Part shown: positions 29,995 through 39,941 of the stretch, piece after piece
How the letters are laid out: each line of letters starts with the position of its first letter
Position numbering within the stretch: position 1 is the stretch's first letter
DNA from: an uncultured Candidatus Rokubacteria bacterium
GTDB lineage: Bacteria > Methylomirabilota > Methylomirabilia > Rokubacteriales > CSP1-6
Direction of reading: 5' to 3'
Assembly (NCBI GenBank): GCA_963771355.1
Contig: CAVYTA010000007.1
Location: 64,001-128,000 of the forward strand
Length of the DNA stretch: 64,000 bases
Position numbers and translations under genes: made by a program
Notes under the pieces: generated by a model
Seen by the model: only the letters and a program-made list of their open reading frames with translations
The model's database searches: none
Told to the model about the DNA's origin: nothing

Positions 29995-31512
29995 CTAACC
30001 CTCCACGCCCGCGAGGTACACCTTGGTCCGCGCGAGGAGCGCATCATGCTTCCGGATCTCCTCGTCGAGCGCCTTGAGCGCCGATTCGTTCGCGGCGAGC
30101 TGCTCGCGCAGGTACTTCTCGGCGTCGGGCCCGCGCGTGGGGAAGCCCGCGACCGCCGTCGCCGCATTCGCCTGCGCCCGCTTGATCGCGGCGATCGAGA
30201 CGTAGAGCCGCCCGCGATACGTGGTGACCCGGTCGAAGCCCGCGCCGACGTCGAGCGGCCGGCCGGCCGCCCACACCACCTCGAGCGGGCCGCCGGGGTT
30301 GCGCACCCCGAGGAGGTTGGAGGGATAGGTGGCGGGAACAATCCCGCCGAGCGCGTCGAGCTCGCCGACCAGCCCGCTCGCACCCTGGTCGCCCCGGGCG
30401 GTGAGGGCCTTCAGCGTCTGGTACTCGATGGCCAGGGCCGCCGTCGAGGAGAGCCGCACCCCGAGGTCGCCGCGCAGCGCGGGACTCACGCCGCGCTCCA
30501 GCACCGCATGCGTGGGCATGGGCGGCCCGAGCAGCCCCCCCGGTCCGATGGCCATGTCGAAGCCGAGATAGCCGATCACCAGCGGCCGGGCGAAGTCTTC
30601 GGCCAGGGAGATGCTCCCGGACGAGGCGGAGACCACCTTCACGGTGCCGCCAGGGGCGAGATTGCTCCCGCCCACGCGCTCGAGGGCCTTGGCGATCATG
30701 GTGTTGAGCGCGGCGATATTGCTCGTATACGCCTCCAGGGTGTTCTTCTGCGGATCCGCGCCCGCGTTCGGCACCACGAGGTCCACCGGCTTGGCGGCGC
30801 CGCCGGACAGCGTGGCCCCCGAGCTCTTCGAGGACTGGAGCGAGACGTTGATCCGTCCCGTGATGTAGACGCGTGAGACCACGCGGACGTAGTTGGTGCG
30901 CTGAGGATCGCCGCCGTAGTACTGGAGGAAGGCGCGGTTACCGTCGGCCCAGCGCCGGACGTCGTCGTACAGCGAGATGGTATCCACGCCGTAGGTCCGC
31001 GCTTCCGCGATGGTGATGGTGCCCTGGGTGGCGTCGCCGCCGAGCAGGCTCAGCCCCACCGGGATGCCCTGCACGGGGAGCGCCACGTTGAAGCCGCCGC
31101 CCCGACGCGCGGAGAAGGCATAGGTGGGGAAGCTCGCGTTCGGCGCCAGCGTCCAGGAGGCCGGCTTGCCCGGCTCGAGCCAGTGCTTGGGCAGGGGATG
31201 CTGGGGGTCGCCCGCCTCGAAGGACTGGCGATAGAACGTCTCGTAGCCGCGAGGATCGAGCCGGAAGATGAGGTTGTCGAGCGGGAGGAAGCCACGCTCG
31301 CGATAGGTCTTGGCCTGCTCGTCCACCGTCACCTGGACGAGGAAGATGTCGCCGGGCTGGAGGTCCTCGGTCAGCGGATAGACGGGGACGATCTGGCTCG
31401 CACGGATCACCATGGACCAGTCGCGGGCGACGCGCTGAAGCTCGCGGTCGCTCACCGCCCGCGCACATCCCGATGCCGCCAGCGCCAGCAGGATCCAGAC
31501 GATCACGCGCAT
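29995..31512 (-). CDS. lipoprotein with putative gasdermin-like pore-forming domain and C-terminal extension
   Basis: Lipobox LAASG-C16 and GGAGG RBS are seen directly; the fold is inferred from motif order (YPLTEDLQPGD, YVRVVSRVY, PLVIGY). Confidence 0.6.
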   Translation of the reverse strand: MRVIVWILLALAASGCARAVSDRELQRVARDWSMVIRASQIVPVYPLTEDLQPGDIFLVQVTVDEQAKTYRERGFLPLDNLIFRLDPRGYETFYRQSFEAGDPQHPLPKHWLEPGKPASWTLAPNASFPTYAFSARRGGGFNVALPVQGIPVGLSLLGGDATQGTITIAEARTYGVDTISLYDDVRRWADGNRAFLQYYGGDPQRTNYVRVVSRVYITGRINVSLQSSKSSGATLSGGAAKPVDLVVPNAGADPQKNTLEAYTSNIAALNTMIAKALERVGGSNLAPGGTVKVVSASSGSISLAEDFARPLVIGYLGFDMAIGPGGLLGPPMPTHAVLERGVSPALRGDLGVRLSSTAALAIEYQTLKALTARGDQGASGLVGELDALGGIVPATYPSNLLGVRNPGGPLEVVWAAGRPLDVGAGFDRVTTYRGRLYVSIAAIKRAQANAATAVAGFPTRGPDAEKYLREQLAANESALKALDEEIRKHDALLARTKVYLAGVEG

Positions 31513-31543
31513 GCGTCTCTCCTCCCGCGCGCTTGCACGCGCT

Positions 31544-32326
31544 TCAGGTCCCGCCCACCGCTCGCTCGCGCAGCGCCTTCACCATGCCCGCGTCGAAGGC
31601 CTCGCGCACGGGCAGCCCCTCGCGCTCCTGGAACATGCGGAGCGCGGAGCGTGTGAATCGCCCCACCATGCCGTCCACCGGCCCCGGGTTGTAGTCGAGG
31701 TAGACGAGATAGGCCTGGATGGCCCGCACATTGAGGTCCGGCAACGCGCCCGTCACGTACTTCTGCTGCGCGGCGCGCAGCCGCTCGTCGTAGGAGTTCT
31801 TGGCGTAAGCCGGACCATTGTAGGCGGCGGCGAAGGCCGGCCAGTTGTGCGCGCGTAGATGCTTGTCGGCGCCGATCGACGCGATGAAGCGCGCCATGCC
31901 TTCGAGCTGGGCGTTCTCCGACTCCACGAACGCGGCGACCATGGGCTCCACGTCCGGGAATCCCGCCGCCTTGAAGTTCTCCCCCATCACCTGCCCCAGC
32001 CCCCACGAGGCGCTCCGGAGCGCCGCCGCGCGGTCGAGCTTCACCGCCTGCCCCAGCCGATCGTACTCGCGCGTCCCGCCGCTATACCCGCCCCACTGCT
32101 TGTTGCTGATGTCCGGGGCCTGCACGTCGAACTTCCGCTTGGTCAGGCGGCTGAAGTAGTGGCGCTCGAAGAGGATGAGCGGCCGGCGATCGGCCAGGAA
32201 GCCGCAGCCGCGCGTCTCCACGGTGAGGACGGCCCAGAGCTCGGCGGCATGCACGTGGAGCGTATCGCAGGCCGCGGCGATCCCGCCGGCATCGAGCACC
32301 AGGCCCGGTCCTTGAAATGCCGCCAT
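31544..32326 (-). CDS. N-acetylmuramidase (DUF3380) with C-terminal peptidoglycan-binding domain
   Basis: AVLTVETRG, ILFERHYF, SASWGLGQVMGEN, YNGPAY; GPVDGMVGRFTRSALRMFQ; no signal peptide. Confidence 0.9.
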   Translation of the reverse strand: MAAFQGPGLVLDAGGIAAACDTLHVHAAELWAVLTVETRGCGFLADRRPLILFERHYFSRLTKRKFDVQAPDISNKQWGGYSGGTREYDRLGQAVKLDRAAALRSASWGLGQVMGENFKAAGFPDVEPMVAAFVESENAQLEGMARFIASIGADKHLRAHNWPAFAAAYNGPAYAKNSYDERLRAAQQKYVTGALPDLNVRAIQAYLVYLDYNPGPVDGMVGRFTRSALRMFQEREGLPVREAFDAGMVKALRERAVGGT

Positions 32327-32453
32327 GACTTACCGCGCGGAGGATGTCGACAACGGCCGGCGGTGGCGATCGGGGAAGGGCATGGCGGGACCAGTCTTGA
32401 TTGATACGGGGCCACTTGGCAAGAATTCTCTGCCCGTTGATCGAACCGGTCCC

Positions 32454-32482
32454 TTGACGGTGCCGTGCTCCGCGGCTAGCAT
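32454..32482 (+). promoter_or_regulatory. sigma70 promoter, near-leaderless transcript
   Basis: TTGACG-N17-TAGCAT, 8 nt before ATG 32491. Confidence 0.65.
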
Positions 32483-32490
32483 CGTGACGG

Positions 32491-33738
32491 ATGATCTCGC
32501 AACTGCTCAAGATTCTGCGGGAATCGATCAAAGCGGTGCCGGCGATGAAGTATGCGCTCGCCGTGGCGGGAATCCTGGCCGTGGTGGCGATGGTGGGCGC
32601 CTTCAAGATATCGCCGTCGATGGCGGTGTTCGGCGCCGTCATCACCCTCGTCCTGATGGTGGCGATGGTGATCTTCGCGCGGCTCACCACCACGGCCTCG
32701 CGGCATTTTTTTCTCCCCGTCACGATCATGATGTGGGCATTCCTCGTCATCACGGTGGCGACCGCCTTCCTGTTGTTCACCTCGGCCTTCTTTCAGTGGC
32801 CGCGTGGCCTGCGCGAGCTGATCGGTCCTCCGGTGGCGGCCGTCCCGGCAGCAGGGGTCCCCCACGAGGACACCGGCCCGCTGGTCGCCGCCGCGCAGAG
32901 GCAACGGGAGAACCGCGACTATACCGGCGCCTGGAGCGCCATCACCCGCGCGGTCGCCGGCGCGCCCGGCTCGAAAGCGGCGCGCGAGGAGCAGACGCAG
33001 ATTGCGATGGCGTGGATCCGCGACATGCGGGTCACCGCCCCGGCGACCTTCACGAGCACGGTGATGCCGTTGTCGGAGCACCTGAACCTGGCTTTGGCGA
33101 CGGCGACGGGACCGCTCGCGGCCGACATCCGCGCTCACCTGGGGCACGCGAACTTTCTACGCCACCGGGAAGGCGCCCGTGACCTCAAGATCGCGGAGGA
33201 ATACGCCGCCGCGGTCGCGCTCGACGCCGCCAATCCCTTCGCGCAGGCCATGTGGGGGCACTGGCTCGCCGTTCAGCACCGGCCACTGGAGGAGTTGAAG
33301 GAGCGATTCCGCATCGCCCTCACGTCCGGACGGGAGCGCGCCTATGTGCAGCGAACCCGGCTCGCCGCTCTCAAATGGCACGGGACGCACGAGGCAGACG
33401 TCGAGCGGGTGCGAGTCGCCGATGAGATGCGGCGCAATAACGAGCCAGCCGAGATGGCGTCACGGCTCGAGATCGTCCGGGACGCCTACCCGCGCGGGCC
33501 CACGGGCGCCGAACCGGCGATGCTGGCCGCCTTGCCCGCGGCCGACCACCTCGCGACGTTTCGCTGGCTAGTCGAGGGCCGCGATCTGAGCAACTCCCCG
33601 ATCGAATCCTATTACCTCGCGCGGCTGACGGAAGCGGCCGGGGATTGTGCGGGCGCGGCCACGCTCTATCGCCCGCTCCTCAGCCTCAACTCGACCTTCG
33701 AGGAGAAAATCAAGGCTGGCCTCGCGCGTTGTGAGTAG
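32491..33738 (+). CDS. membrane protein, 3 N-terminal TM helices plus helical TPR-like domain
   Basis: Three hydrophobic segments in residues ~20-105; TPR-like segments (YTGAWSAITRAVAGAP, YAAAVALDAANP). Confidence 0.75.
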   Translation: MISQLLKILRESIKAVPAMKYALAVAGILAVVAMVGAFKISPSMAVFGAVITLVLMVAMVIFARLTTTASRHFFLPVTIMMWAFLVITVATAFLLFTSAFFQWPRGLRELIGPPVAAVPAAGVPHEDTGPLVAAAQRQRENRDYTGAWSAITRAVAGAPGSKAAREEQTQIAMAWIRDMRVTAPATFTSTVMPLSEHLNLALATATGPLAADIRAHLGHANFLRHREGARDLKIAEEYAAAVALDAANPFAQAMWGHWLAVQHRPLEELKERFRIALTSGRERAYVQRTRLAALKWHGTHEADVERVRVADEMRRNNEPAEMASRLEIVRDAYPRGPTGAEPAMLAALPAADHLATFRWLVEGRDLSNSPIESYYLARLTEAAGDCAGAATLYRPLLSLNSTFEEKIKAGLARCE

Positions 33739-33779
33739 CCAGGTCCTCGGGCCCGCGCGGTAGCCGAAGGGAGAACAGG

Positions 33780-35933
33780 ATGGCCAGGAAGAAGGTCGCG
33801 AGACGCTCCCGAACTTCACGATCGACCCGGGCTTCCGAGCGGTCTCCGAAGACGACCCGGCCGTCGAGCATTGCCCGGCGGGAGCCCGAGCGCGCCCGCG
33901 GCGCCGGCGCCAAGATGGGGCGCACGCTCGATGCGTTCCCCGACCGGGTGGATATCCGCGACTGGTTTTACCAGCCACCGCTCATCGCCCTGCCCGACCA
34001 GGTGGTGAGCTGCGACCTGGTTCCCACCGTCCTCGACCAGGGGCAGGAGGGGGCCTGCACCGGGTATGCGCTGGCTGCGGTGGTCAACTTCCACCTCTTC
34101 CATCGCCGGATCCGGCGGACGGTCAGCCCGCGCATGCTCTACGACATGGCGCGCCGGTACGACGAGTGGCCCGGCGAGAAGTACGAGGGCTCGTCGGCCC
34201 GCGGCGCGATGAAGGGCTGGGTGTCGCACGGCGTCTGCAATGAAGTCTCGTGGCCGGCCACGCTTCACGGCGCCCAGTTCCTCACGCCCGCGCTGGCAAC
34301 GGAAGCGCAGGAAACACCCGGCGGCGCCTACTACCGCGTCATGCACCGGCAGATCCGCGACATGCACGCTGCGCTGGCGGAGGTGGGCATTCTCTACGTC
34401 ACGCTCATGGTGCACGAGGGCTGGAACGCGCCGGGGCCCACGACGGTGACGGTGGACTACGTCGAGTCGGGCAACTCCAAGAAGCTCACCCTTCCGGTGA
34501 TCCGACGCGCGGGGCGCGCCGACGGCGGGCACGCCGTGGCCATCGTCGGCTACACCCGCGACGGGTTCATCATCCAGAATTCCTGGGGCCCCGACTGGGG
34601 CGCGCGGGGGTTCGCGCTGCTTCCGTACGAGGATTTCATGCTGCACTCCACCGACGTGTGGGTCGCCCAGCTCGGTGTCCCCGTGAAGATGACCGGATGG
34701 ACGGAGGAGGGCGGCGCGGACACCACCGCCGGCCTGCATCGGGCCATGCAGGCCATTCCGCTCGCCGATATCCGCCCGTACGTGGTGGACATCGGCAACA
34801 ACGGCGAGCTGTCGGACTCCGGCTCCTATTGGACCACCACCGCGGACCTCGACCGGCTCTTCAACGAGATCATCCCCGAGCGGACCCAGACGTGGGCCCG
34901 GCGCCGGGTGATGCTGTACCTGCACGGCGGCCTCAACAACGAGCGGGCGGTGGCGGAGCGCATCGTGGCCTTCCGGGATGTGTTCCTCGAGAACGAGATC
35001 TACCCCGTCCACATCATGTGGGAGTCCGGCGTGTGGGAATCGCTGAGCGGGCTCATCGAGGACCTCTTCACCGACGTGGACGAGCGGGCGGGGGCGGTGG
35101 GGGACTGGCTCCGCGGCCTGCGGGACGGGATGGTCGAGGCCAAGGACCGCTCTCTCGAGCTCACCGCCGCCTTGCCCGGTGGGGCGCTCTGGGGCGAGAT
35201 GAAGGAGAACGCCAAGCTGGCCTCGGCGCAGCCGGAGCGCAAGGGCGGGATGCAGCTCATCGCCCAGCACGCGCAGAAGGCGCTCGGCGACGTGGACGAG
35301 GCCGAGCGCAAGAAGTGGGAGCTGCACGTGGTGGGGCACAGCGCCGGGAGCATCTTCGCGGCGCACGCGTTGCGCCACCTCATCGACCTCAAGGTGACGC
35401 TCAAGACCGTGCAGTTCATGGCGCCCGCCATCACCGTGAAGGCGTTCAAGGAGCTCGTGCTGCCGCACGTCAAGTCGGGGGACTGCCCGTCGCCGACCCT
35501 CTACATCCTCAGCGACAGCGGGGAGCTCGACGACGAGGTGGGGCCCTACGGCAAGTCGCTGCTCTACCTGGTGAGCAATGCGTTCGAGGAGAGACGGGGC
35601 ACCCCCATCCTGGGGATGGAGAAGTTCCTGGTCGGCCCCGACGCCGATCCGGAAACGGCCAAGCTGTACCGACCGGGTGGCGCCGGCCATCTGGTCGTGG
35701 CCGGCAAGGGGAAGGATCCGGCCGGACAAAGCGCGAGCGAGACCCACGGCGGCTTCGACAACGATCCCCGGACGCTGAACTCGGTGATGTATCAGATCCT
35801 AGGCGGCCCGCCGAAGCGGCAGTTCCAGGTTCGCGATCTCCAGTTCGAGGACACGAAGGACGCCGCCGCCGGCCGGGGCCGGCGCGCCGGCGCTGCCGCC
35901 AACGGCTGGGGAGCGCACTCGCGGCGAGGCTGA
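33780..35933 (+). CDS. papain-like C1 cysteine peptidase fused to alpha/beta-hydrolase domain
   Basis: DQGQEGACTG, GGHAVAIVGY, IQNSWG; LYLHGGLN, VVGHSAG, HGGFDND. Confidence 0.88.
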   Translation: MARKKVARRSRTSRSTRASERSPKTTRPSSIARREPERARGAGAKMGRTLDAFPDRVDIRDWFYQPPLIALPDQVVSCDLVPTVLDQGQEGACTGYALAAVVNFHLFHRRIRRTVSPRMLYDMARRYDEWPGEKYEGSSARGAMKGWVSHGVCNEVSWPATLHGAQFLTPALATEAQETPGGAYYRVMHRQIRDMHAALAEVGILYVTLMVHEGWNAPGPTTVTVDYVESGNSKKLTLPVIRRAGRADGGHAVAIVGYTRDGFIIQNSWGPDWGARGFALLPYEDFMLHSTDVWVAQLGVPVKMTGWTEEGGADTTAGLHRAMQAIPLADIRPYVVDIGNNGELSDSGSYWTTTADLDRLFNEIIPERTQTWARRRVMLYLHGGLNNERAVAERIVAFRDVFLENEIYPVHIMWESGVWESLSGLIEDLFTDVDERAGAVGDWLRGLRDGMVEAKDRSLELTAALPGGALWGEMKENAKLASAQPERKGGMQLIAQHAQKALGDVDEAERKKWELHVVGHSAGSIFAAHALRHLIDLKVTLKTVQFMAPAITVKAFKELVLPHVKSGDCPSPTLYILSDSGELDDEVGPYGKSLLYLVSNAFEERRGTPILGMEKFLVGPDADPETAKLYRPGGAGHLVVAGKGKDPAGQSASETHGGFDNDPRTLNSVMYQILGGPPKRQFQVRDLQFEDTKDAAAGRGRRAGAAANGWGAHSRRG

Positions 35934-36002
35934 GGCGGTGAGGCTGTCCGTGTCTCGGGTATGATGTTCCCTCATCACCAAACCCGACATCAGGAGGACG
36001 AC

Positions 36003-36579
36003 ATGGCCGACAATCCGCATATCCTCGGCGACAAGGTCCGCATCGCTCGAGGATGAGTTCTTCCGGAAGGAGGACCAGCGCGCCATGCAGCAGCTCCGCG
36101 AGCTCCGCGAGAAAGCGGCCTCCCGCGAAGCGCTCACGAAGGTCTCCGGGATCAAGAACGAGGCCATCCTCGACAAGCTGATCCAGCTGGGCATCCGGGC
36201 CGAGGTCCTCGCGGCGCTCGCCCTCGCGCCGCTGGTCGAGGTGGCGTGGGCGGACGGCTCGCTCGATGAGCGGGAGCGGCGGGAGATCCTCGGGCGTGCC
36301 GAGAAGTCCGGCATTGCCCCGGGCTCGCCGGGCCATGCCATCCTCCAGAGCTGGCTCGAGCGGAAACCCGAGCCGAAACTGCTCACGGCGTGGATCCACA
36401 TGGTGGAGGGACTCTGCGAGCATATGACCCCGGAGCAGGTCGGGGCCCTGCGCGCCGGGCTGATCGAGCGTGCCCAGGCCATCGCGAGCGCGAGCGGCGG
36501 CGTCCTCGGCATTGGCAAGGTCTCGGCGGCGGAGGCCGACATGATTCAGCGGCTCGAGTCTGCCTTCGGCCGGACGTAA
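36003..36579 (+). CDS. TerB-like helical hypothetical protein (frameshift near 36040)
   Basis: AGGAGG RBS + MADNPHILGDKVR then frame change to SLEDEFFRKEDQ...PLVEVAWADGSLDERERREIL. Confidence 0.7.
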
Positions 36580-36610
36580 CCGGAGGCCTCGCGCGCCGGG
36601 GATCGTGTGC

Positions 36611-37332
36611 TCACCGCGGCGGATGACGCACTCCGGGTGGGCGGGACCTTGTCCACCCACTCCGCGGCGCGCGCGTCTGATCCGCCGACCGAGCGGCCGC
36701 GTCTGAGCCATGACGTTGCCGGCGCTGACCGCGTACAGGGAGGTGATCGGCAGTCCGGCCGAACGCAGCGCCCTCGCCGTCCAGGTGTTGCACGTCTTCA
36801 GCAGGGAGTATTTCTCGCGCGCCGCGTAGAAGCGGCTGTTCGCGTAGTGGCCCCGGCCGGAGATCCATTGTCCTGCCCGAATCGTCCTTCGCGTAGGCGT
36901 CCGCGATGAAGGCGGCGAGCCCCCGGAACCCGCGAGCGGAGACGAGGATCTCGACGATCTCGCGCTGAGCGGAAGAACTGCTGGACAGGACCGTCGAATC
37001 CCACGATGTGCAGGACGCCCGGGGAGGGCCAGAGTACTGCCTTCAGCGCCAGCCCCGGTGTGCCTTCTGGGGCCATATAGAACTCCCTGGCGCCCCAGCC
37101 AACTCTCCAGGTACTCGGAGTCCGCGACCTCAGCATGTTCAGCCCAGACACCTTCAGGAATGTCAGCTCGCCGGACTGCGATGCCGGTGTGCCATCCGTG
37201 GTTGATGACATATATCGCCTTGACGGGTTCGGCCGGCCCGGGCGGATAGAGCCCGTCGATGGATCTGGCGCAGCCCACAGGCCCGGTGCTGAACACCACC
37301 AGCCCGACGAGGGCAACCTGGAGGGCGTTCAT
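36611..37332 (-). pseudogene. DUF2459-family protein with several frameshifts; 3' end approximate
   Basis: NHGWHTGI, VGWGAREFY, FYAAREKYSLLKTCNTW pieces in different frames; breaks near 37103, 36965, 36858. Confidence 0.7.
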
Positions 37333-37455
37333 GTTGCCCATCCTCTCATCAAGATGGTCTGGGAGAGGCTGGCACGTCCCGGAGATGCGCGGAGATGTGC
37401 GGTGATAGACTCTCGCCGGCGTACGCCCGTGTCGCGATCGTGGCGGAGGTGCGAA

Positions 37456-38496
37456 GTGCGTGAGTCGCGCTCGTCCGGATTGGTGAGCGGGATCAGGGCG
37501 GCGGCCCTGGCCGCCCTCCTGCTCGGCGTGGCCGCGCGGGGTGAGGCAGACCTCCGGCTGGCTCGCGAGGAGTACCCGGTGGTGGACGGGTCCACCTCCA
37601 CCCAGCCGCTCGGGATGCTGGTGGCCGGGCGGGTGACCCGGACGAGCGTCGAGTGGCGCCGCACCTCGTTCTTCGACCCCACGCGTTTCCTCGCTCTCAC
37701 GGGCGCCCCGTACGACGACTCGAGGAAGCTCTCGCTCGAGCCCACGGCGGCCGAGCCACGCGGGCCGGATCTCGGGACCGCCCTGTCCTCCATCGGTCAG
37801 CTCGCGGAGCGCGTCCGGCACTTCGGCACCCATCAGAGCTATGCGCGCCTGGCCACCGGCCAGGCCGACCTGGTGCTGGCCGCGCGGGGGCCCACGCCGG
37901 CCGAGCGCGAGGCGGTCCGGCGCGCCGGCACCGAGATCGTCGCGTTACCGATCGCACGGGACGCGTTCGTCTTCCTGCGCCACGCGAGCAATCCCGTGAC
38001 CGGCGTCACCCTGGACCAGGTGCGCGACATCTATGCCGGCGTCCTGACCAGCTGGAAGTTCCTCGGTGGGGCCGATCGCCCCATCGTGGCCTATCAGCGC
38101 GACGCGACCTCGGGAAGCCAGGTGGAGATGGAGCAGCTCGTGATGCGGGGTCGACCCATGCGGGAGGGCCCGGACATCCGGGTCACCATGGCCATGTTCG
38201 GTCCTTTCAACGCCATCCGCCACGACCCGACCGGGATCGGGTACTCCTACCACTACTACGAGCGCTTCATGGCCGTGGTGCCAGAGGTGACCACGCTGGC
38301 CATCGACGGGATCCCGCCCGAGCCGGCGACGATCGCCTCCGGCCGCTATCCCCTGGGGACGGCAGTCTATCTCGCCCATCGCGCGGACTTGCCGCCCGGC
38401 GGCGCGGCGGCTCGCCTGCGCGACTGGCTGCGCACGCCGGCCGGCCAGGCGGTGATCGCGGAGAGCGGGTACGTGCCCCTGCGGCCGGCGCCATGA
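37456..38496 (+). CDS. PstS-like periplasmic binding-domain protein
   Basis: GGAGG RBS + GTG; VDGSTSTQPL, IARDAFVF, YQRDATSGSQ, GQAVIAESGY. Confidence 0.82.
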   Translation: MRESRSSGLVSGIRAAALAALLLGVAARGEADLRLAREEYPVVDGSTSTQPLGMLVAGRVTRTSVEWRRTSFFDPTRFLALTGAPYDDSRKLSLEPTAAEPRGPDLGTALSSIGQLAERVRHFGTHQSYARLATGQADLVLAARGPTPAEREAVRRAGTEIVALPIARDAFVFLRHASNPVTGVTLDQVRDIYAGVLTSWKFLGGADRPIVAYQRDATSGSQVEMEQLVMRGRPMREGPDIRVTMAMFGPFNAIRHDPTGIGYSYHYYERFMAVVPEVTTLAIDGIPPEPATIASGRYPLGTAVYLAHRADLPPGGAAARLRDWLRTPAGQAVIAESGYVPLRPAP

Positions 38497-38530
38497 AGGT
38501 CGAGCTGCCGTACGGCGAAGTCGGCGCCGC

Positions 38531-38559
38531 TTGACGCCACGCCCGCCCCGGGGGAGCAT
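38531..38559 (+). promoter_or_regulatory. sigma70 promoter, leaderless transcript
   Basis: TTGACG-N17-GAGCAT, 7 nt before ATG 38567. Confidence 0.5.
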
Positions 38560-38566
38560 GGCGCCC

Positions 38567-39439
38567 ATGCCCGTCACCCTCGTCACCGGCACCAGCACCG
38601 GCATCGGCTTCGCCACCGCACTCCACCTGGCGCGGCATGGGCACACCGTGGTCGCCACCATGCGGAACCTCGCCAAGGCGGGTCCGCTCGAGGCGGCCGC
38701 GCGCGCGGAGGATCTGCCGCTGGTCCTTCGTGAGCTGGACGTCACGAGGCCGGATTCGATCGATCACGCAGTGGCGGCGACGCGGGAGCGCGAAGGCGCC
38801 GTCGACGTGCTCGTCAATAACGCCGGCATCGGCGGGGCGACGCCCCTCGAGCTCACGCCTGAAGCGGAGCACCGGGCGATGTTCGAGGCGAACTACTGGG
38901 GCCCCATCCGGATGATCCAGGCGGTGCTGCCGGCGATGCGGGAACGGCGGGCCGGATGCATCGTGAACGTCACGTCGATCGCGGGGCGCATCGCCACCCC
39001 GAACCAGATCCCATACTCCGCGTCGAAGCACGCGCTGGCCGCCGCGAGCGAAGCGCTGGCCCACGAGGTAGCCGCCTTCGGGATCCGCGTGGCCATCATC
39101 GAGCCCGGCGTCATCCAGACCGCCATCTTCGAGAACTCGGCGGACGCCACGCGCTACGACAAGGCCTCGCCGTATCGGCAGATCATGCGCCGCAACGGCA
39201 AGCTCTTCGCCGCCGGCTTCCGCAACCCGGGCCAGCCCGAGACGGTTGCCGCCACGATCCTGGAGGCCATCACCACCGACCGGCCGCGCCTGCGCTACCC
39301 CGTGGGCGTCGATGCGGAGGGTCTGGCCGCGGGGCGCGCTCGCATCAGCGACGAGGAGTGGGTCGCGATGGGCGGCGAGCTGAGCGACGAGGAATACAAT
39401 GCCCGCTTCAAGCGCTACTTCGGGATCGAGCTGCGGTAG
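38567..39439 (+). CDS. short-chain dehydrogenase/reductase
   Basis: TGTSTGIG, VNNAG, YSASK. Confidence 0.92.
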   Translation: MPVTLVTGTSTGIGFATALHLARHGHTVVATMRNLAKAGPLEAAARAEDLPLVLRELDVTRPDSIDHAVAATREREGAVDVLVNNAGIGGATPLELTPEAEHRAMFEANYWGPIRMIQAVLPAMRERRAGCIVNVTSIAGRIATPNQIPYSASKHALAAASEALAHEVAAFGIRVAIIEPGVIQTAIFENSADATRYDKASPYRQIMRRNGKLFAAGFRNPGQPETVAATILEAITTDRPRLRYPVGVDAEGLAAGRARISDEEWVAMGGELSDEEYNARFKRYFGIELR

Positions 39440-39941
39440 CCCCGCGCGCGCGGCGCCACCGTCGCGCCATCACCCGGTCGTGCCAAGCGCGGCGAAAGCG
39501 GCCGTGTTGATTCAGCCCAGTCCGCCGGCCGATTGACGGCGGTGGTGTGTCTGGCCTAGCATGCCGCTCACCCGAGTCGATTCGCTCGACCCGGGAGGAG
39601 CCCGCTGATGTGCACTGTCGCAGCGGCTCCTGGGGCGGCCGGTCGGGAATGGAGCCCACGGCGGGGCGATCGCCGCCGGGAGGGTGCTAGAGTTGGCTAC
39701 GCTCCGCATAGCTCGCGGCGGGCCCAATGCCCGGATGGCGAAGGAGTTGGGCTCGCCCGTTTCTGGGCGAGGAGGGGCTGCCGACGTGTTATCTCGCTCT
39801 TCTCTTGGCGGATTACCTCATCGAGCGGCGAGGACTCGCGCGCGGGAAGGCATACTTCTGCTCATTCTCAAGCTCGTGAGACTGGCTGAGGAACTTCGCG
39901 CCGAAAGATGGGGCTTGGCCAGGGCGGCTGGCCGCCTGCGC

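Noticed and set aside
31544..32326. Prophage lysis cassette
   Set aside because: No holin, spanin, structural or replication phage genes nearby.
35509..37833. 774-aa minus-strand ORF
   Set aside because: Chimera of DUF2459 fragments and antisense readings of neighbouring genes.
39531..39889. Promoter-like TTGACG-N18-TAGCAT, GGAGGAG RBS and 93-aa ORF at 39608
   Set aside because: Signals look real but the product has no protein-like pattern; possibly a decayed gene, not supportable.
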